Under the pieces are notes generated by a model. That model searched no databases and was not told the origin of the DNA. It was given only the letters and a program-made list of their open reading frames with translations. From assembly GCA_003427395.1 (NCBI GenBank), contig BFEA01000001.1, forward strand, positions 12,422,114 through 12,486,113: a stretch of DNA of 64,000 bases, given 5' to 3'. The translations under genes and the position numbers were made by a program. Positions 63,261 to 64,000 of the stretch are shown piece by piece. The stretch's first letter is position 1; the number at the start of each line of letters is the position of its first letter. Source of the DNA: Chara braunii (Eukaryota; Plantae; Charophyceae).

Positions 63261-64000
63261 ACAAACACAGGCACAAGCACGGGCGGAGGGAGAGAAAAGT
63301 CAAACTCCAGCTGCAGTGCCGATAGCAAAGCACAAACTATCGTGGGTGAACTTTGAGTGAATTTAAGTGAAACAGACAAGCAATCGACGTCCACCCCAAG
63401 TTTTTTTTTTCCCCATGCGACGTGCACTCCCGGTTTTCTTCTTGCTTTTTCTTTTTCTTAGGAAGACCTCATTTCATGGATGCTGTGGGTGGTGCATTGA
63501 AGTTTGAACCCTTGCCTCTCTCAAAAATCAGGGTACGGCAACTGCTTTGCAATTTGGATTTATGATAAATTGATAATGCATTCTCGGCATCTGCGGCTTG
63601 GTTTTGCTGAGAACATAAGAAAAGGGCTCTGAGGTCTGTCAAAGTTTCACCGTTCTGCTCTCTGCTGCTGAGCACTAGAATGAGGGTTGGTTCTCTTCTC
63701 TCTCTAGAAAGGCCTCAGGAGCCACCAGGCAACTACCTGAAAGCGTTCTTGCTCTCATCTTCACCTTCTTCTTCTTCTTCTTCCTTTTTTTTCTTTAATT
63801 CAATCACCATGTCTTTGTTTGTCAAAAAAAAATCTCCATACTCTGGGCCTCATTCCACACCACTACAAATGTAAGGATACTTACAAAATCATCTTTTTTT
63901 TGTAAGGATACTTAGGGTCTCGCCGCACCGCACACGAAACGAAAACGAAACGAGTGCATCTGTCCAACAAAGGTGGTCAAATACACTCGTTACCATTTAT

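Overview
Eukaryotic, gap-containing, almost entirely transposon-derived DNA. The composition (Ty3/Gypsy-dominated, L1/Tx1 LINEs, a Penelope-like element, long poly(T) and (GA)n tracts) suggests a streptophyte alga such as Chara; that is inference only. No intact host protein-coding gene is recognisable. Main contents: a decayed Penelope-like retroelement with a minimal type I hammerhead ribozyme (3.4-5.3 kb); an L1-type ORF1 (10.8-12.5 kb); a decayed Gypsy gag-pol (16.5-22.3 kb); an ORF-bearing LTR (30.9-33.5 kb); a ~16-kb Gypsy element (33.5-49.7 kb); a 5'-truncated LINE with a 10-bp TSD (56.7-60.3 kb); a related LTR on the minus strand (60.9-62.7 kb); and several PIF/Harbinger- and hAT-type MITEs. 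The most unusual object is the 33.5-49.7 kb element. Its 5' LTR has no ...CA end and runs straight into the tRNA-iMet PBS. Its 3' LTR carries 11 extra terminal bases (TGCGCATCACA) whose only other copy I found lies internally, inside a predicted RNA structure reading TGCGCATCACA-GA-TGTGAT. Canonical LTR reverse transcription does not produce this arrangement. The element also has a PHD finger between RNase H and integrase, three unknown ORFs after pol, and an LTR-encoded protein that is conserved in a diverged relative in the same window.
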